A stretch of 64,000 nt of DNA from Eledone cirrhosa (GCA_964016885.1 OZ024740.1:371380001-371444000), one strand, 5' to 3'; counted from the stretch's first letter, positions 44,394-58,376 are shown. Numbers and translations: made by a program. Notes: generated by a model not told the origin, from the sequence alone.

Positions 44394-46415
44394 TCAGCTG
44401 GTCGTCGGCTCTTCTATGAGTATGTCCGAATATACTCTTCGGTTGATAGTTCCTCCTAGGTCTCTGAAATCACCAACTGCGTTGGGGAATTTCGTTTTAA
44501 TGTTTGTGTATTGTTTCTGTGCTATTTTTAGCAGTCTTATGTTAGTTGGCGTTTTGATTGGTGCTGGTATTATGTAGTCGTGTTGTGAAATGTCTGTGTG
44601 TTCAATTATGTAAGTCATTAGTCTCTTGTTGTGTGTATTTATTGCCGTGCATTTGTTTTTCTGGGGGTGGGGTATGGTTCTGCTATTTTCTTGTCGTTGT
44701 TGCTGGGTGTGTGTGTTTTGTTGTTGTGTTTGCGATGTTGGTGCTTGTGGTGGTGGTGTTGAAGGTGGTGTTGGCGGTGGGGTTGTCGCCGGTAGTGATG
44801 GTGGTGCTAGTGTGGGTGGTGATGGTGTTGGTGGTGTTGCTGCTGTGAGTCTCTTTGCAGTAGACTTTACCCTTTTTTCATTTCTTTCCTCCCTTTTCAA
44901 AGGCGACGATGCGCTGCTTCTGCGTTTGTGCCTTCTTACGACCTTTTGCCATCCCTCTCCCACCTCACACTCCATGTCTGATTCTGTGAGGTCGGGGAGG
45001 GGTACCAGCTCCACTCTTTCACTTGTTGTTGTTGGTGATGTTTGCACTGGAGTCTTTGTTGCAGCTGCATTTGGTATTGCTGTTGTTGTTGTTAATACTT
45101 CCACTGCTGCTGCTGTTTTTGATTTCCGTGGCGTGGGTATGGGTGCCACGGACCTATCGTTCCTGGTTGCCGCTTGTCCTGTTGCTGGTAGCCATGTTTC
45201 AGAAGGAGGGGGGTTTTCTCCTTTCTCAGGGTCTTCTCGTTGCAGAGCGAAAGCATTTCGGGCGTTTGCCCTCAACACTTATGGGCAGTTGAGTGCCGTT
45301 ATCGAAGTCTATCACATCCGGGATAGCTTCGATGCACTCCTGGTTGGTTTGGATTAACATCTCAATGGAGGTGCCGACCCAATCTTCTTTTACTTTTTTC
45401 TGTACTTGCAGTACAGTTGTTTTGTCCTCGATTCCGACGAGGACAGACGCGGCCAGCCAAGAAGGGGCCATCCCGGAGGGGGGAGGGGGGGAGGGAGGGG
45501 GGGGGGGGGGGCGTGGCTCAGTTTGACCCTCACAATTTTTTGCCCGCAGTAGGAGGACACCAACACCATTTCCTCGCTCCTTAGGGTCACTAAGGATTGA
45601 GCCTTTGCCTCCTGGGGTGTGGCAAAAAGTACGTCTACGGTGGCATATTTCTTGCCTTGGGTGATGTGCGTTTTCCGCTGCCACACAGACCCCAAGGCTT
45701 TTTGTATTTGAGCCTCTGTGGCTCTTTCAACCCTACGGGATTTTGTACTTACTGTACGGTACGTGACCGTACAGTGCTGTTGGGTTTCGAAAAATTTTTC
45801 CGCTGCCTTGCAGATTGCTCGGTGTCCAGTTTTTGTCATTATCTTCTTCGCTTCCTCTAATTCCTCATTTGTTATGAGGATGGTTTCCAGGTTCTTCGCG
45901 ATACCTGCAAACGAGATTGGTTTTTCTTTGATGCTGTTGTTGTTGTTGTCGTCAGAGCTGCTGTTACTTTTGTTGTTGCTGCAGGTACTACGACTACTGC
46001 CGCCGCCGCTGTTGCTGTGGTTGTTGTTGTTGTTGCTGCTGCTAATGCTGTTGTTGTTTATGCTGCTGCTGCTAATGCTGTTGTTGTTTATGCTGCTGCT
46101 GTTGTTTTCATTGTCACTGTTGCTGTTGTTATTACGGCTGCTACTGCTATTATTCCTGACGTCAGACGAATGAAATGGGTTTTCGTATTTCCCGCACACC
46201 TGTTTCGTCGTTGTCGTCATCGTCGTGGAGAAATCTTGCACGCTTTGCACGAGACTTTTCTTTTCTGTCGTCGCTTGCGAAAGAGAAGGGAAGGAGAGAG
46301 ACACATTTAAAGAAGGGAGGGAGAGAGACAATCCTCTCTCTGCTGTAGTGACGATTGAGGAAGAAGAAGACGGAATGAGTGGGAGTGACCTATGAAAATT
46401 CTTTTTCGTAGCCAT
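44394..46415 (-). pseudogene. Tx1 ORF1 (gag-like), frameshifted
   Basis: Three overlapping frames (46415-45390, 45684-45226, 45278-44394) join at the poly-G tract ~45480-45511 and near VEGKRPKCFR (broken zinc knuckle); low-complexity N/S and P/T tracts. Confidence 0.75.
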
Positions 46416-46661
46416 GTTGTTTTTTTGTTTAAAATAAATATTGGGCACAAAACCCCAATAAGCAGTTATTTAACCCCGAAGGGCCAAATAACGGGCAGAA
46501 AGACCCCTCTCATGAGGAGGAGGGTGTTTTTGCCTACAAGTTGGTTAAAGTTTTAAACAATTTACAATTGTTATAGCGGTCAAAATTTACAATACCTTAC
46601 AGAGCCGAGCCTCCGCCAACCATAGCATTCAATAATAATAATAATAATAATAATAAACGGA

Positions 46662-46919
46662 CGATTTGTTATGTCTTCATTACGTTTATGGAATAGTGAC
46701 GCGCGTTTCGCTAATGATCAGCTTTCAAAGTTCGATCTATATCGATCTAGCCCGTCTCTGGAATCACAAGCTTGTCGGACATCTGCTGTGGTAATGACAG
46801 AGGTCCGACGAGCTTTTGATTTCAGAGTCGGGCTTGATCTATACAGATCGAACCCTGAGCCGATCAATAGCGAAACGCGCGTCACTAATCAATAAACGTA
46901 ATGAAGACATAACAAATCG
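46662..46919. repeat. Diverged inverted pair of pLTR-like arms, each with a hammerhead-like motif
   Basis: 46662-46785 vs 46798-46919; right arm ggt-CCGACGA-GCT...AGC-GAAA-CGCGCG-TC^act (46802-46886). Confidence 0.75.
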
Positions 46920-47024
46920 CTCTTTTATTATTATATTTACACTCTGCTTAGTTCTACACCTCTTAACAGACTGGAAACTACACTCGGGTGCACCTACAGT
47001 AACTGCACGTTACATCCCCACCCC

Positions 47025-47066
<42 letters not shown>

Positions 47067-47073
47067 CGCACAT

Positions 47074-47105
<32 letters not shown>

Positions 47106-47106
<1 letters not shown>

Positions 47107-47768
47107 ATAAACATATCAAACATTGACAGGAAAGAGTGTAAACACACATAGTTACGGAGGCGCATGTTTCTGATATTCTCAGACATGACAGCTTTAATCT
47201 AATTTTCTTAGTATTTGCGGCTCCGAAATATTTTCTTAGTAGAGCTTTTTCTGTAGAAAAGACTCGGCTGCAATTTCTAGGTGTCGATAAGCCTATTCCC
47301 GCCACTGGGTTGACGGCAGGGTGATGTTTATTTTCCCAAACCACATCTGCTTTTGGTCGTTATTCTTGATTTATTCTTAGGGTGTAATCATAGATAGTTA
47401 AATCTTCTCCTTTGCTGACGACACAAGATTTAACATCTACGATTCACCTATTAATGGTGAAATATATTTCTTTAATGGAATATGTACAAAGGAGATGAAT
47501 CATTATTGCAAGGTATCTATATTCAAAGTTCTCGCAACATTTTTAATATGTTACCTCCGTAACTAGGTGTGTTTACACTCTTTACAAATTATCCCCTGTC
47601 AATGTTTGATATGTTTATTTTATATATATATGTCAATCGACTTTTAATCTAAATTTTAATAAATGCTCGGATTTATTCCTTAGAATCTTTGAGCTTCTTC
47701 TACAGGTGGTATGGCGCATGTTTCTGATATTCCCAGACATGACATCTTTAATTTAATTTTGTTAGTAT
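47106..47768 (+). mobile_element. Non-coding PLE terminus module in (TA)n
   Basis: 47106-47160 is inverted at 47554-47619; 47159-47214 is repeated directly at 47713-47768; HHR inside. Confidence 0.65.
47406..47495 (+). ncRNA. Type-I hammerhead ribozyme motif with insertion after A9
   Basis: Stem I tctcctttg/caaaggaga (9 bp), CTGACGA, 24-nt insert, stem II acc-tattaat-ggt, GAAA, 9-bp stem III ATATATTTC/GGAATATGT, triplet GTA. Confidence 0.7.
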
Positions 47769-48816
47769 ATATATATAACAACTTTATGAACTCGAAATAT
47801 ATATATACACACACCTACATAGATATAGATCGGGTTCGATTATATTGCGCGGCATCTTTGGCAAGTGCCTCTGCGCCTTCACCATAGCATCGGATCAATC
47901 CAGGTATTGTAAGTAAAATTGGGCTATCGGAAATTGTGTGCAAGCCCCCTGGATGGATTGTATCTGTAATTGAAAAGTCCAGTTTTGTCTCGTTTCGGGT
48001 CACGTTGATTTGCTTGGAGATTTAAATCATGGGTGGATGCTTTGGAGGTTTACTCAGCCATTTACGGGGTAATTTAACGACTCGGACGTTCAGTTGATCG
48101 AGCAGTTGAATGCTCATCATCGAAATAGACGGAGAATCTATCACACATACATTCGATCTTATAAACACCAGTTATTACAAAAAAAAAGCAAAGACAGCAA
48201 CAAAACAACGCGATGGAAAATATTTCCAAAACTGCTGCAGATATTTTTTTCACGAATTGAAGTAAACATTCAAACAATAACTGATCCCCACCACCACTAC
48301 CCCATTATCGTCAACGTCATCATCCTCACCATCATTACCAGGACGACGACGACCATGACCCCCCGTGCCACCACGATTATTATCATCATCATTATCACCA
48401 CAGCGTTTTCTTACAAAGAGTGAAACTTGATATTTAAAAAGTTTTTTCTATCACTTTTTTAAAGGAATCAGAAAATATTAGGACATTCACGGTTTAGGTA
48501 TTGTTTTATTGCTTTTGGCTGTTGTTGTGGTTATTTTGTGAGATAAATATACAAACATGCACATACACACACATACACTTATAAAGAGAGATGATATTTT
48601 TAAATATAAGAAAGTGAGATGCCAGTTCAGTCAGTTAGAAGTGATGAGATATTATATGGCAAGTAAATAAGATTTTATACATATTTTCTCCGGTTTCGGG
48701 TATTTCATGCTATGTCGACCATTTGGTTTTGTATTCGCTTGGTTATTTTATCGACTTAGGATGATATAGAATATGGGGAAGATATGTTTATTTAAAATAA
48801 CAAAAACAATTAAAAT

Positions 48817-49177
48817 AATGATTTCTAGTATAGGCACAAGGCTAGTAATTTGAAGAGAAGGGAAAAGTCGATTAAATCGACCTCAGTGCATTACCGGTGC
48901 TTTATTCTATCGACCCTGTAAGGATGAAAAGCAAAGCAAACCTTGGTGGCATTTGAACTCAGAACGTAAAGGACAGTAACTCTAATAATAATAATAATTG
49001 TTTCTACTTTAGGCACAAGGCCAGCAATTACCCAGTGCATTACTGGTACTTTATTTTACCGACCCCGTAAGGATGAAAGGCAAAGTCAACCTCGGCGGGA
49101 TTTGAACTCATATCGTAAAGGGACGTAACTATGGTGGAAAGCATGGCGTCAGACCCTCTACTGATACTGCCAATCCA
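48817..49177 (-). mobile_element. Two adjacent SINEs (older 48817-48984; family A 48995-49177 in (AAT)n)
   Basis: Reverse complement matches; (AAT)n on both sides of the young copy. Confidence 0.88.
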
Positions 49178-49259
49178 TAATAATAATAACAAGACGAACA
49201 GGACGAGATTTCAAACAGATTAGTGAAGACTATCTATCTACCATTTTCACTATTCTGTT

Positions 49260-49603
<344 letters not shown>

Positions 49604-49873
49604 ATAAATCATGTCCACAGAATTATTAGATAAACAAAATATAAAACTCCATTTCCTCTGCCAAACAGCACAATCAACCATATAAAAAATCAATTATACT
49701 AAGCCATAAGGATAAAAGCTCCTATGAAGAAATCTCCGACAAATAAACGAGAGTGGCTTCTTCGCGGTATCCACAGCAGGTTATTTATCTAACATTTCGA
49801 CAGCATCCATAAATCGACCAAGTACATAATTAACCATATGCAATTCGGTGTAAAATCAAACATACCGTAACTA

Positions 49874-49953
49874 TATCCCTACCATGGTTTCATCCGTATT
49901 TTTAGATATCCTATTAATAGGAAATCCATTGAGTTCGGAATCATCAGGAGATA
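49874..49953 (-). ncRNA. Type-I hammerhead ribozyme motif
   Basis: Reverse complement: tatctc-CTGATGA-t tccg...tcctat ta atagga...cgga t-GAAA-CCATGG-TA^gggata; palindromic stem III ACCATGGT. Confidence 0.75.
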
Positions 49954-50145
49954 AACTAAAAAATAGACACTTAGTATTCCAAGCCGATCGCGCCAAAATT
50001 GGATTAAAAAATGGCTAAGAATCACACTATGGCCGTGGTCAAGTTGGAAATAATGTGATTGGCTGTTGACGGCGTGTAGGCCTGTCGCTCGAAAGCCCAG
50101 CCAAATATCGCCAAATTTAATCTCAACCTTACGGGAGATTATTAA

Positions 50146-50366
50146 ATATAAAGGTTTACATATACATAAATTTATATATGTTACAACCGGTCACTTTTTA
50201 GCTCTATGAAGAATTAATAAATTAAATACTCAGAGCAATATATTATTATAAATCATTGATTTATAATAATATATTGCTCTGAGTATTTAATTTATTAATT
50301 CTTCATAGAGCTAAAAAGTGACCGGTTGTAACATATATAAATTTATGTATATGTAAACCTTTATAT
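50146..50366. repeat. Perfect palindrome, 110-bp arms, 1-nt centre (50256)
   Basis: Arms read as exact reverse complements; ends in (TA)n. Confidence 0.92.
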
Positions 50367-50790
50367 ATATATATATGTATAAATGAAGTAATTCCATCGG
50401 AAAAGTCCAGGAAAAAAGAGTGCTCTATGTAGGCAACAGAGCTTAATTATTATTATTATGTAATAAACAACATAAGGCAATTATTCCATTTACCAGTGGT
50501 TTCTTAAAAGCAAAAGGTTTTGCTTTCAATCCTCAGAATGAAAAAATCCTGGTTTGTTTATTGAATTTGGATTATAAAAACAAAAATGCAATCTATATGA
50601 AAGTGAGGCTGGAGAAGGGAGAAGGAAAGGAAAAATAAAATAAAACTACACATGCAAACACACACACAAAAAAACCCAAAAGCATACTTACACACACATA
50701 CATATATACATATATATATGTACGCATACATATATACATATACACATATATATAAAACGTACACTTACATACACATATATACATATATAC

Positions 50791-51320
<530 letters not shown>

Positions 51321-51769
51321 TGCACCATCTGTCTGCATATATTATGCAACAATGCACAATCGGCTTATGCGGCTTCATCAGCGGGTATCGCCTAATCAAT
51401 AACCAATCGATCAACAGAATCCAACCACCAGCCCATGCCGGTCATGTTGTTTGTGACAACCGACACGGTAAAGCGATTAGCAACTGGCAACCGATAGGAC
51501 TCTATCTCTCAACCAGCCACTGATTTACAGATTTTACGTGGGGACGGGAAGCTAAAAAGAATCAATCTTTTAGTTCCTGTCAGAAGCTCTCAGCCAACGT
51601 CTCACAAATTATCAAGGGGTGAAAAGATGGCTATTAGAAATAGCAGTTCACATTGATATAAAATAAAATGGTAGCATTCGGTTCATGTCTCCAAGCCCAT
51701 GGGGCTTGGAGACATGAACCGAATGCTAGAGGAAACCGATGGTAGCAATGGTAGTGCCAAGAACCTTTA

Positions 51770-53670
51770 ACGGACTTTATCCTCCGAACCCACTCCTGGC
51801 TACCAACAACTCGTGTCCTCCACCATCCACGAGCTCATCTCCTCCTCTCACCTGCCCCCACCCCGCCACCCACACCCACCAACCTTATTGTACGCACCCC
51901 TCACACATTCATCATCTACTCCCTCCCCAAAATACACAAACAAAATAATCCTGGCCGTCCTATCGTTTCTGCGTGCAACTGCCCCACCGTGATAATTTCT
52001 GAATATTTAGACACCATCCTCGCCCCGTTGGTCGGCAATCTCCCCTCCCGCATCCACGATACAAATCATGTCCTTAGACTTTTCAACTCTTTCTCCTTCC
52101 CTCCTGGTCCCTCCCACCTTCTCTTTACCTTGGATATCACTTCTCTCTATACCGTCATCCCTCATGATGACGGCCTCCGCGCTCTCCAGCATTTTTTAGA
52201 TTTACGCCCTACCCCTTACCCCAGCCCTACCACTCTTCTCCGTCTGGCTTAGCTTGTTCTCACCCTTAATGGATTTTCTTTTTCGGGTGAATTTTACCAG
52301 CAGGTCTCTGGGGTAGCGATGGGAACCAGAATGGATCCAAACTATGCCAACTTGTTTGTTGGCTACATCGAAGCCCAGATCTTCTCTCAGTACGTTGGAC
52401 CCACTCCTGAGCTATACGGTCCTTATATCGACGACTGTATCGGCACCACCTCTCTATCACGAGAACAGCTCGACTGTTTTCTTTCTTTTGTCCAATCTTT
52501 CCATCCTGCTCTCAATTTCACCGCCTCCGTCTCCGATTCTTCTGTCGCTTTTCTAGATATCTCTCTATCTATTAATCACTCTCACCACACCCTCCCTACT
52601 TACATCTACATTAAAAAAACAGACTCCCAATCTTATCTCGACTTCACCTCCTCCCATCCTACCCACACCAAACACTCCATAGCCTATTCTCAATTTCTCC
52701 GTCTTCGTCGACTCTGTAGCCAGGACGACGATTTCGAAACCCATTCTCTTCACATGGCTTCCTGCTTTATCCAGCGTGGATATCCCCCCACCTTGATCCA
52801 AGCCCGTGAAACAGTCCGCACCACAGCCCTCTCACCTCACCCCCGCCCTCCCAACACCCGTGTTCCTTTCCCTCTCACCTACCACCCCATCACCCTACCA
52901 CTCCGGTGACACATCCTCCGTTCCTTCGTATCCTATCTTCTGACCCCGTCACTCTTTTCCAAACCCACCCATTACTGTTTTTAAGCGCGCCCGAAATCTC
53001 CGTGACCTCCTGGTTCGCAGTTCATTTTCGTCCTCTCCCACTACTCCACCTGGCTCTCATCCTTTTTCCCGTTCCCGCTGCAACACTTGTCCCTTTATTT
53101 CCACCCTCACCACTCTTACAGGCCTTAACGGGTCTTTCCGTATCCGCCATTCCTTCACCTGCACATCCACCCACGTTGTCTATGCTCTCCGGTGTTCCCT
53201 TTGCGGGTCTTCATATATCGGACAAACGGGACGCCGTATGGTGGACCGTTTTGCCGAACATTTGAGGGACATACGACTCGGTTTGGATACTGCTGTCGCC
53301 CGTAATTTCTGTTCTCCTGGTCATTCTTCCCTACATGTTTCAGTCCTGGGTGTCCTTTTACATGGATCATAGGCCTCGCGCACCAGAACTGAACAAAGTC
53401 TGATTCACCGTCTTGGGTCCTATTCCCTTCTTGGACTCAACTCCCCAATTTCTCTAATCCTAGATTCCTATCGCTTTCTCTTGATCATTAGCAGCTTCTC
53501 TTACTACTAATACATGCCTAACATACTTTTGCTCATAGCTTCGTACTTACATGCACACAGACTCTTTTACTCACATATACACACACATTTCTTCTTAGCT
53601 TTGTACGGACCTATAATAACACATACACACACACGCACGCACACACACACATACACACACACGCACACGC

Positions 53671-53757
<87 letters not shown>

Positions 53758-54118
53758 CATGCTTACGCAAGTGCTCAAGTATAGCTCTTTTTACAAAACG
53801 TTTTTTTTTTCATTTCAGGTAGACTCTTGCCATCATCCACTTTTCTAAAAAACAAATCACACACAAAACGCCAGCACCAACAGTTTTGCAAGAGATGTCA
53901 ACTTGAATGGACCTGTTATTTTGATCTAAAGACATTTTTTCCAATTCTATCTCGCCCGTCCCCTCAATCTATTTTATTTCTCATTCTTTCTTCTGATGAA
54001 GGGCTAGCGTCCGAAAGGTTAAGACCCTCTTCCTGCTATATCAAGCGTTAACCTAATAAATACATAAATACCTTCCATATACTGTACCGATTGTGTTGTT
54101 ATTTCTGTTTACCTTTTA
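51770..54118 (+). mobile_element. 5'-truncated Penelope-like element, Neptune-type (RT + GIY-YIG pseudogene 51770-53460, 3' UTR/pLTR)
   Basis: PGRPIVSACNCPT, LDITSLYTVIPH, GVAMGTRMDPNYANLF, YIDD, YSQFLRLRRLCS, NLRDLLV, RCNTCPF, TCTSTHVVYALRCSLCGSSYIGQT, RFAEHL, GLN; stops and frameshifts; ends in (TACA)n(TA)n. Confidence 0.92.
53989..54024 (+). ncRNA. Minimal PLE hammerhead motif
   Basis: tctt-CTGATGA-a-GGGC tagc GTCC-GAAA-ggTT^aaga in the Neptune 3' terminus. Confidence 0.7.
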
Positions 54119-54119
54119 C

Positions 54120-54195
<76 letters not shown>

Positions 54196-54199
<4 letters not shown>

Positions 54200-55070
54200 T
54201 AGTATATCTACCAACATATATATACAGATGCATACCTATGCTAGCAAATATATAGATTTTGTCTTAGTAACTTTGTGGTTCAATGCAAGGGACGCAGAAC
54301 AATAATATGAAAGACGTAAAATAAGAAAATTATAAAAATTAACTTACTAAAATTTCACTTCAACTAATTAGTTTCTGAAAGGGAATAAACATGGTTTCTG
54401 AAGAAACGCACGGAGAAATCCTTTCGTCATCAGGGAAGTCTATTCTCAGCTAAGTTCCCAGGCAATGCGTGGACACAGGGAACTTATACAAAAATAATTC
54501 AGTGGATGGAAAAAAGCAAAGCGTGGACTAAGTTCCAAGACATTGAAAAAATCACTGCCTACTTGGTCGGTGGCAAATTCAAAAGAATCAATCACGTGAC
54601 ATCGAGGTTAATCAGTGAGGAGTGGTGTGTTAATAAGACAGCAGCCGAACCATTACTATGAACTATAGTAGCAGTTTTGGCAAATTTTTGCTCAACAAAA
54701 TAATTTGGAGATAATTATAAGGAATTAGTATATCTACCAACATATATATACAGATGCATACTTATGCTAGCAAATATATAGGTCTTGTCTTAGTAACTTT
54801 GTGGTTCAATGCAAGAGGATGCAGAACAATAATATGAAAGACGTAAAATAAGAAAATTATAAAAATTAACTTACTTACTAAAATTTCACTCCACAGTGAA
54901 ATTAACTTACTTACTAAAATCTCACTTAGCTGAGAATAGACTTCCCAGATGACGAAAGGATTTCTCCGTGCGTTTCTACAGAAACGATGTTTATTTCCTT
55001 TCAGAAACTAATTAGTTGGAGTGAAATTTTAGTAAGTAAGTTAATTTTTATAATATTCTTATTTTACGTC

Positions 55071-55077
<7 letters not shown>
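54196..55077. mobile_element. PLE terminus module with direct and inverted copies, two HHR motifs, bounded by (TA)n
   Basis: Direct ~54196-54359 = ~54723-54890; inverted ~54306-54454 vs ~54925-55077. HHRs at 54357-54439 (-; CTGATGA intact) and 54940-55022 (+; CAGATGA), stem II gaaagga/tcctttc, stem III ACTAATTAGT. Confidence 0.75.
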
Positions 55078-55168
<91 letters not shown>

Positions 55169-55492
55169 CATACGGTATAGACAGCTTTTTCGGAGTTGCA
55201 CTTGTTTAACAAGTGATTTGATTTGAAAGTGTGAGTTGAAACAGAAGCAGAGCAAATATGGTGTAAAAGGGTCATTTTTGACATTCAAAATCCACACAAA
55301 AACGATATTTACTTTACATTGATCATTTGTTTCGTACCTTCAAATTTTGATGTACTCTTTACAACCTGGCCATTGGCACCACTGAATAAATGATGAATGT
55401 ATAATGAATATAACGACTTCTGTGTTTTCTTTTGAATGGCAAAAATGTATTCCGCGATGCTATATATATAGTATTCACTATATATATTTATA

Positions 55493-55573
<81 letters not shown>

Positions 55574-55589
55574 CTGATGGTAGCTAAGA

Positions 55590-55800
55590 TGTTTCCATAG
55601 GCGGTATGCCGGTTGAGCACTCTATGCTCTTACAGAGCAGAGTATGATAGAATAGAAAACGAAAAATCAGTGATGCATCTGAACTTAATTTATTGTGTGT
55701 TACAGTTGTTTCGCCGGCGGACAGCTCCAGACGCGATCATTGTGTGGATCTGTCTGATTCCGGACCCGCAGGTTCGACGGACACGTCTAATGATTTCGGA
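55590..55800 (-). mobile_element. pLTR-like copy with degenerate long-stem-II hammerhead (55697-55784)
   Basis: Tail atcatactctgctct.taagagcat.gagtgctca is shared with 60527-60562; gtgt-CCGTCGA...GAAA-CAACTG-TA^acac. Confidence 0.6.
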
Positions 55801-56593
55801 CCATATTCTCTCACTGGGGTATCTGACCCTCTGGGCCATTACCGTAAAAAATGTCATCCTCTTCGCGCGTCCTTTGATTGGACGCTGGTTGTCTACGTCA
55901 TCATAATTCTGACCACAGGTGCCAGTCCGCTGACCATCAGGGCTTTAGCTGTCCCATGTCTGCTACACTTCAATAAATTACTGCTGTGTTTGCGCGCACA
56001 CACTGTGTGTCCACGCGCGCGCACATACACACACATACCCACACACACAATCACATAGATAACGACAGTCGTACGCATAGACGCCCGCTATACACACACA
56101 TTTAAGGAGAACATATAAACATATAAACATACGCATACGTGCATCCAGAGAGGCACGTACACACACAGACACATACCCACATGTCTATATACATCAACAT
56201 ACACACACACATGTTCATACACATGCATACGCGTATATATACCCGTACACACAAACAAGTACAGACATATACATAGACCCCCTCCACCCACGCACACACA
56301 TATATACACACGTACCCATATACATATATACACACACAGATACACACTCGCTCGCAAACACATATATATACACACAAACAAGCCCTTTCCCTACCTGGGT
56401 GCTTCTATACACACACACACTGGTTCATATACACTCTTAGAAATATGCGCACATTCATATACACACCCGCGCACGCATAGAAAAAAATCTATATACATAA
56501 AAAGAATATACACACAACGTCATATAAAGATACACAATGGGTCATACATGAAAGGATGCATCTTGTTATAAATATATACATACATAAAAAATA

Positions 56594-56762
<169 letters not shown>

Positions 56763-56769
56763 ATATATA

Positions 56770-58376
56770 CTGGGGCTTAAGAAGTTATGCAATTGTAGAG
56801 ACCCTATGGCCCCTTAGTAATGAATGCATGACGAAAAACGTAGTCTACAAGTGCAAGGTCACAACCCCTAACTCGGAGCACCACTACATAGGATCCACGG
56901 CGACGAGCTTCAAAGATAGGTGGTATAACCATCGCCATTCCTTTAACAGAATAGAAAAGAGGAAATGTACGGCCCTTTCTTAATTGATCTGGAAGCTCAA
57001 ACTTGAAAAGACCCCGCACTCTCTGGTCTGGTCCGTGGTTAGAAACGTTCCCCCAGATAGAGGCGGGTCTGGTATTTGCAACCTCTGTCTTAGTGAGACA
57101 CTCGAGATACTTCATGGCGGAACCAAGCTATTAAACAGAAGGGCCGACTTATTCGGCGCCTGAAGACACCTAAGGACGGGAACTTTCCTCAAGCTATATG
57201 GATAAACCCCGGTTAAGGCCTCCCACAACCCCCCCTGTAGGTCCCCTACACCCCGTACCAATGACCAATGGACAACAACAACCACCCATAGTTTGTGGTC
57301 CCTACGGTGGATTGTCCACCGGATCCTCTACTGTTTAGGAGTAAACAAAACCACGTTTATTGAACCTGTGGAATCTCCCCGGGAGTGTCCCACACAGGAA
57401 GAATAATTATCCCAAGGTACTAACCCTATACGCATGAATGAGTGCTCGCAACCGTGCATTGTGTGTGTATACTGGGATTACGTGAATGTGCACACTCATG
57501 TGAACGCAACGTAATACTAATACCCCAGGATGTATTTGAAAAATGTTCGAGTGTATGCTTAAGAGTATATTTGTATATGCTCTCTTGTATGAGTGCACAT
57601 GTGTATATAGACATACACGCGCATCCAGCGGTATAAAAGTGTGGGTGGGTATATATGTCTGTACTAAGGGATTCGCCTAAGCTCAAAAGCCCCCAAGCTA
57701 TTGTTGTGAAGATATATATCACATTCTACTTTCGTCTAGTCTAAACAATAACTTTTCCAAACACCCACTTTACTTTTCTTTAAAAATAACACCCACTTAG
57801 TTTTATGTCTGCCTTATACTTGGATTTGAGGCCCTCTGTAGTATATATATATGCACTTGTGCGTACATATATATATATACACACACCTGTATGGATTTGT
57901 GTGTGTAGATGTGTGATACATGTCCGCATGTATCTGTGTGTTTCTATACATTGTTTATAACTCCCTTTGGTCGAGTAACCTATGAAGTGTAGTGACTGCT
58001 GGAAAGCTACAATTACTCATACTTCTCGCCACCTTAGCCACCTCTTCTACGGCTTTGATATAAGTACCCCCTCTGCCTCCGTGGTATTTTTCTCATGGTT
58101 ATAAGAGGCTTAGCTCTGTTTCTTGACCGCTATATCACGTGATTGACTCCCCCTCCGCCTTTCGGGATTCTATCTCGCGTCCCACGGACGTGTTTTGAAA
58201 CTCTTAATGAAGTATCCTCTTGATAAGTCGGCAGACCTCACAAAAATTCTATATCTCTGTGGTGTAGTGTTTTTGCATAATATGCTACGAAACTACGTAG
58301 TCGAGGAGTAAAGAAGGAGTATGGTATATCTTTTTATTAATTATATCTAATGTTTCTTCTCTCTTCATAATGTATT

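Larger units (their letters stand above)
42829..46630 (-). mobile_element. Tx1/L1-group non-LTR retrotransposon, 5' half only (5' UTR, ORF1, APE part of ORF2)
   Basis: See ORF1 and ORF2 features; the 5' end abuts (AAT)n at 46631; GC-rich relative to flanks. Confidence 0.88.

Noticed and set aside
43125-46310. Plus-strand ORFs over the Tx1 element (e.g. 44626-44357+243aa frame, 45718-46173)
   Set aside because: Antisense shadows of GC-rich or low-complexity ORF1/ORF2.
51370-51385. Minus-strand CTGATGAAGCC as hammerhead
   Set aside because: No downstream GAAA/NUH or stem I partner found.
55310-55405. Minus-strand gtac..gtac-GAAA-caaatg-atc hammerhead half
   Set aside because: No recognisable CUGANGA core; too degraded to call.
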